Assembly: GCF_033153115.1 (NCBI RefSeq)
Contig: NW_026889779.1
Span: forward strand, 22,010,001-22,074,000
Direction: 5' to 3'
Source of the DNA: Saccostrea echinata
Lineage: Eukaryota
Length of the DNA: 64,000 nt
Shown here: piece after piece, positions 63,525-64,000 of the stretch
Position numbering within the stretch: the first letter of the stretch is position 1
Layout of the letters: each line of letters begins with the position of its first letter
Made by a program: the position numbers and the translations under genes
The notes under the pieces: model-generated
What the model was told of the DNA's origin: nothing
Databases searched by the model: none
The model's input: the letters and a program-made list of their open reading frames with translations, nothing else

Positions 63525-64000
63525 GTAATATTTTTCTTTTTTCTTTCTTTTTTTTTGATTAGTGAAGAAATTGAGCTAATAAGTACAGAATTGTAAAATA
63601 GTAAATTTACCTTTATGGTAATACGTCACATCGTAGAAATGGTTCATGAATTGGCTTTGCAGTGTTATAATCAGATATTTTCGTCAAAGATCCATTTTCA
63701 ACCCATTTTTTTCTGTTGTGCATTTTTAGTTTAATAGAGCAGAGTTTTACCCATTTCCGACTTAATTTCAGCTTCATTTTTTGCAACACTGGATTCAAGT
63801 AACAGAAAAACAATGTCCGAGTACAGTCGAACGCTAGAAAGAAGCGCTGACCGTAAACCAAATCTGCGTCGCCAACACGCTTTTATTAGGGTGAAAAGTA
63901 AACCTAAAGATGTTCTCCAAGAAAATGAAATATTTGAGAGCGATAAACAAAAACAGAAGCAAAAAACTACAGCTCATATAGGTTCCAACATCATAGGCGA

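Overview
AT-rich, intron-containing animal genomic DNA with two assembly gaps. The repeat families suggest a bivalve, probably an oyster (inference). Host genes reconstructed by hand from GT-AG junctions: a 4-exon Nodulin/MCH1-like MFS transporter (+), a WFDC1 (ps20)-like WAP gene (-), three Ly6/quiver-like 10-cysteine GPI-type genes (one -, two +), and the first two coding exons of an unidentified gene at the right edge. The most informative element is an intact 4.65-kb DIRS1-type tyrosine-recombinase retrotransposon (38313-42961, -) with perfect ITR/ICR. It carries signals for a layered expression scheme: an A_AAA_AAC -1 frameshift site from gag into an RT-RNaseH-MTase frame whose first ATG lies downstream of the conserved N-terminus, plus a GT-AG intron that would join that frame in phase to the recombinase. 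It also has four repeated leader hairpins and an NPPF adenine-methyltransferase motif. A ~5.9-kb ORF-less element with Ngaro/PAT-type split direct repeats (A1..B1-A2-B2) and a multi-stem RNA-like fold abuts a (TA)n tract. The rest is decayed mariners, a LINE, SINEs, Helentron-associated elements and MITEs.
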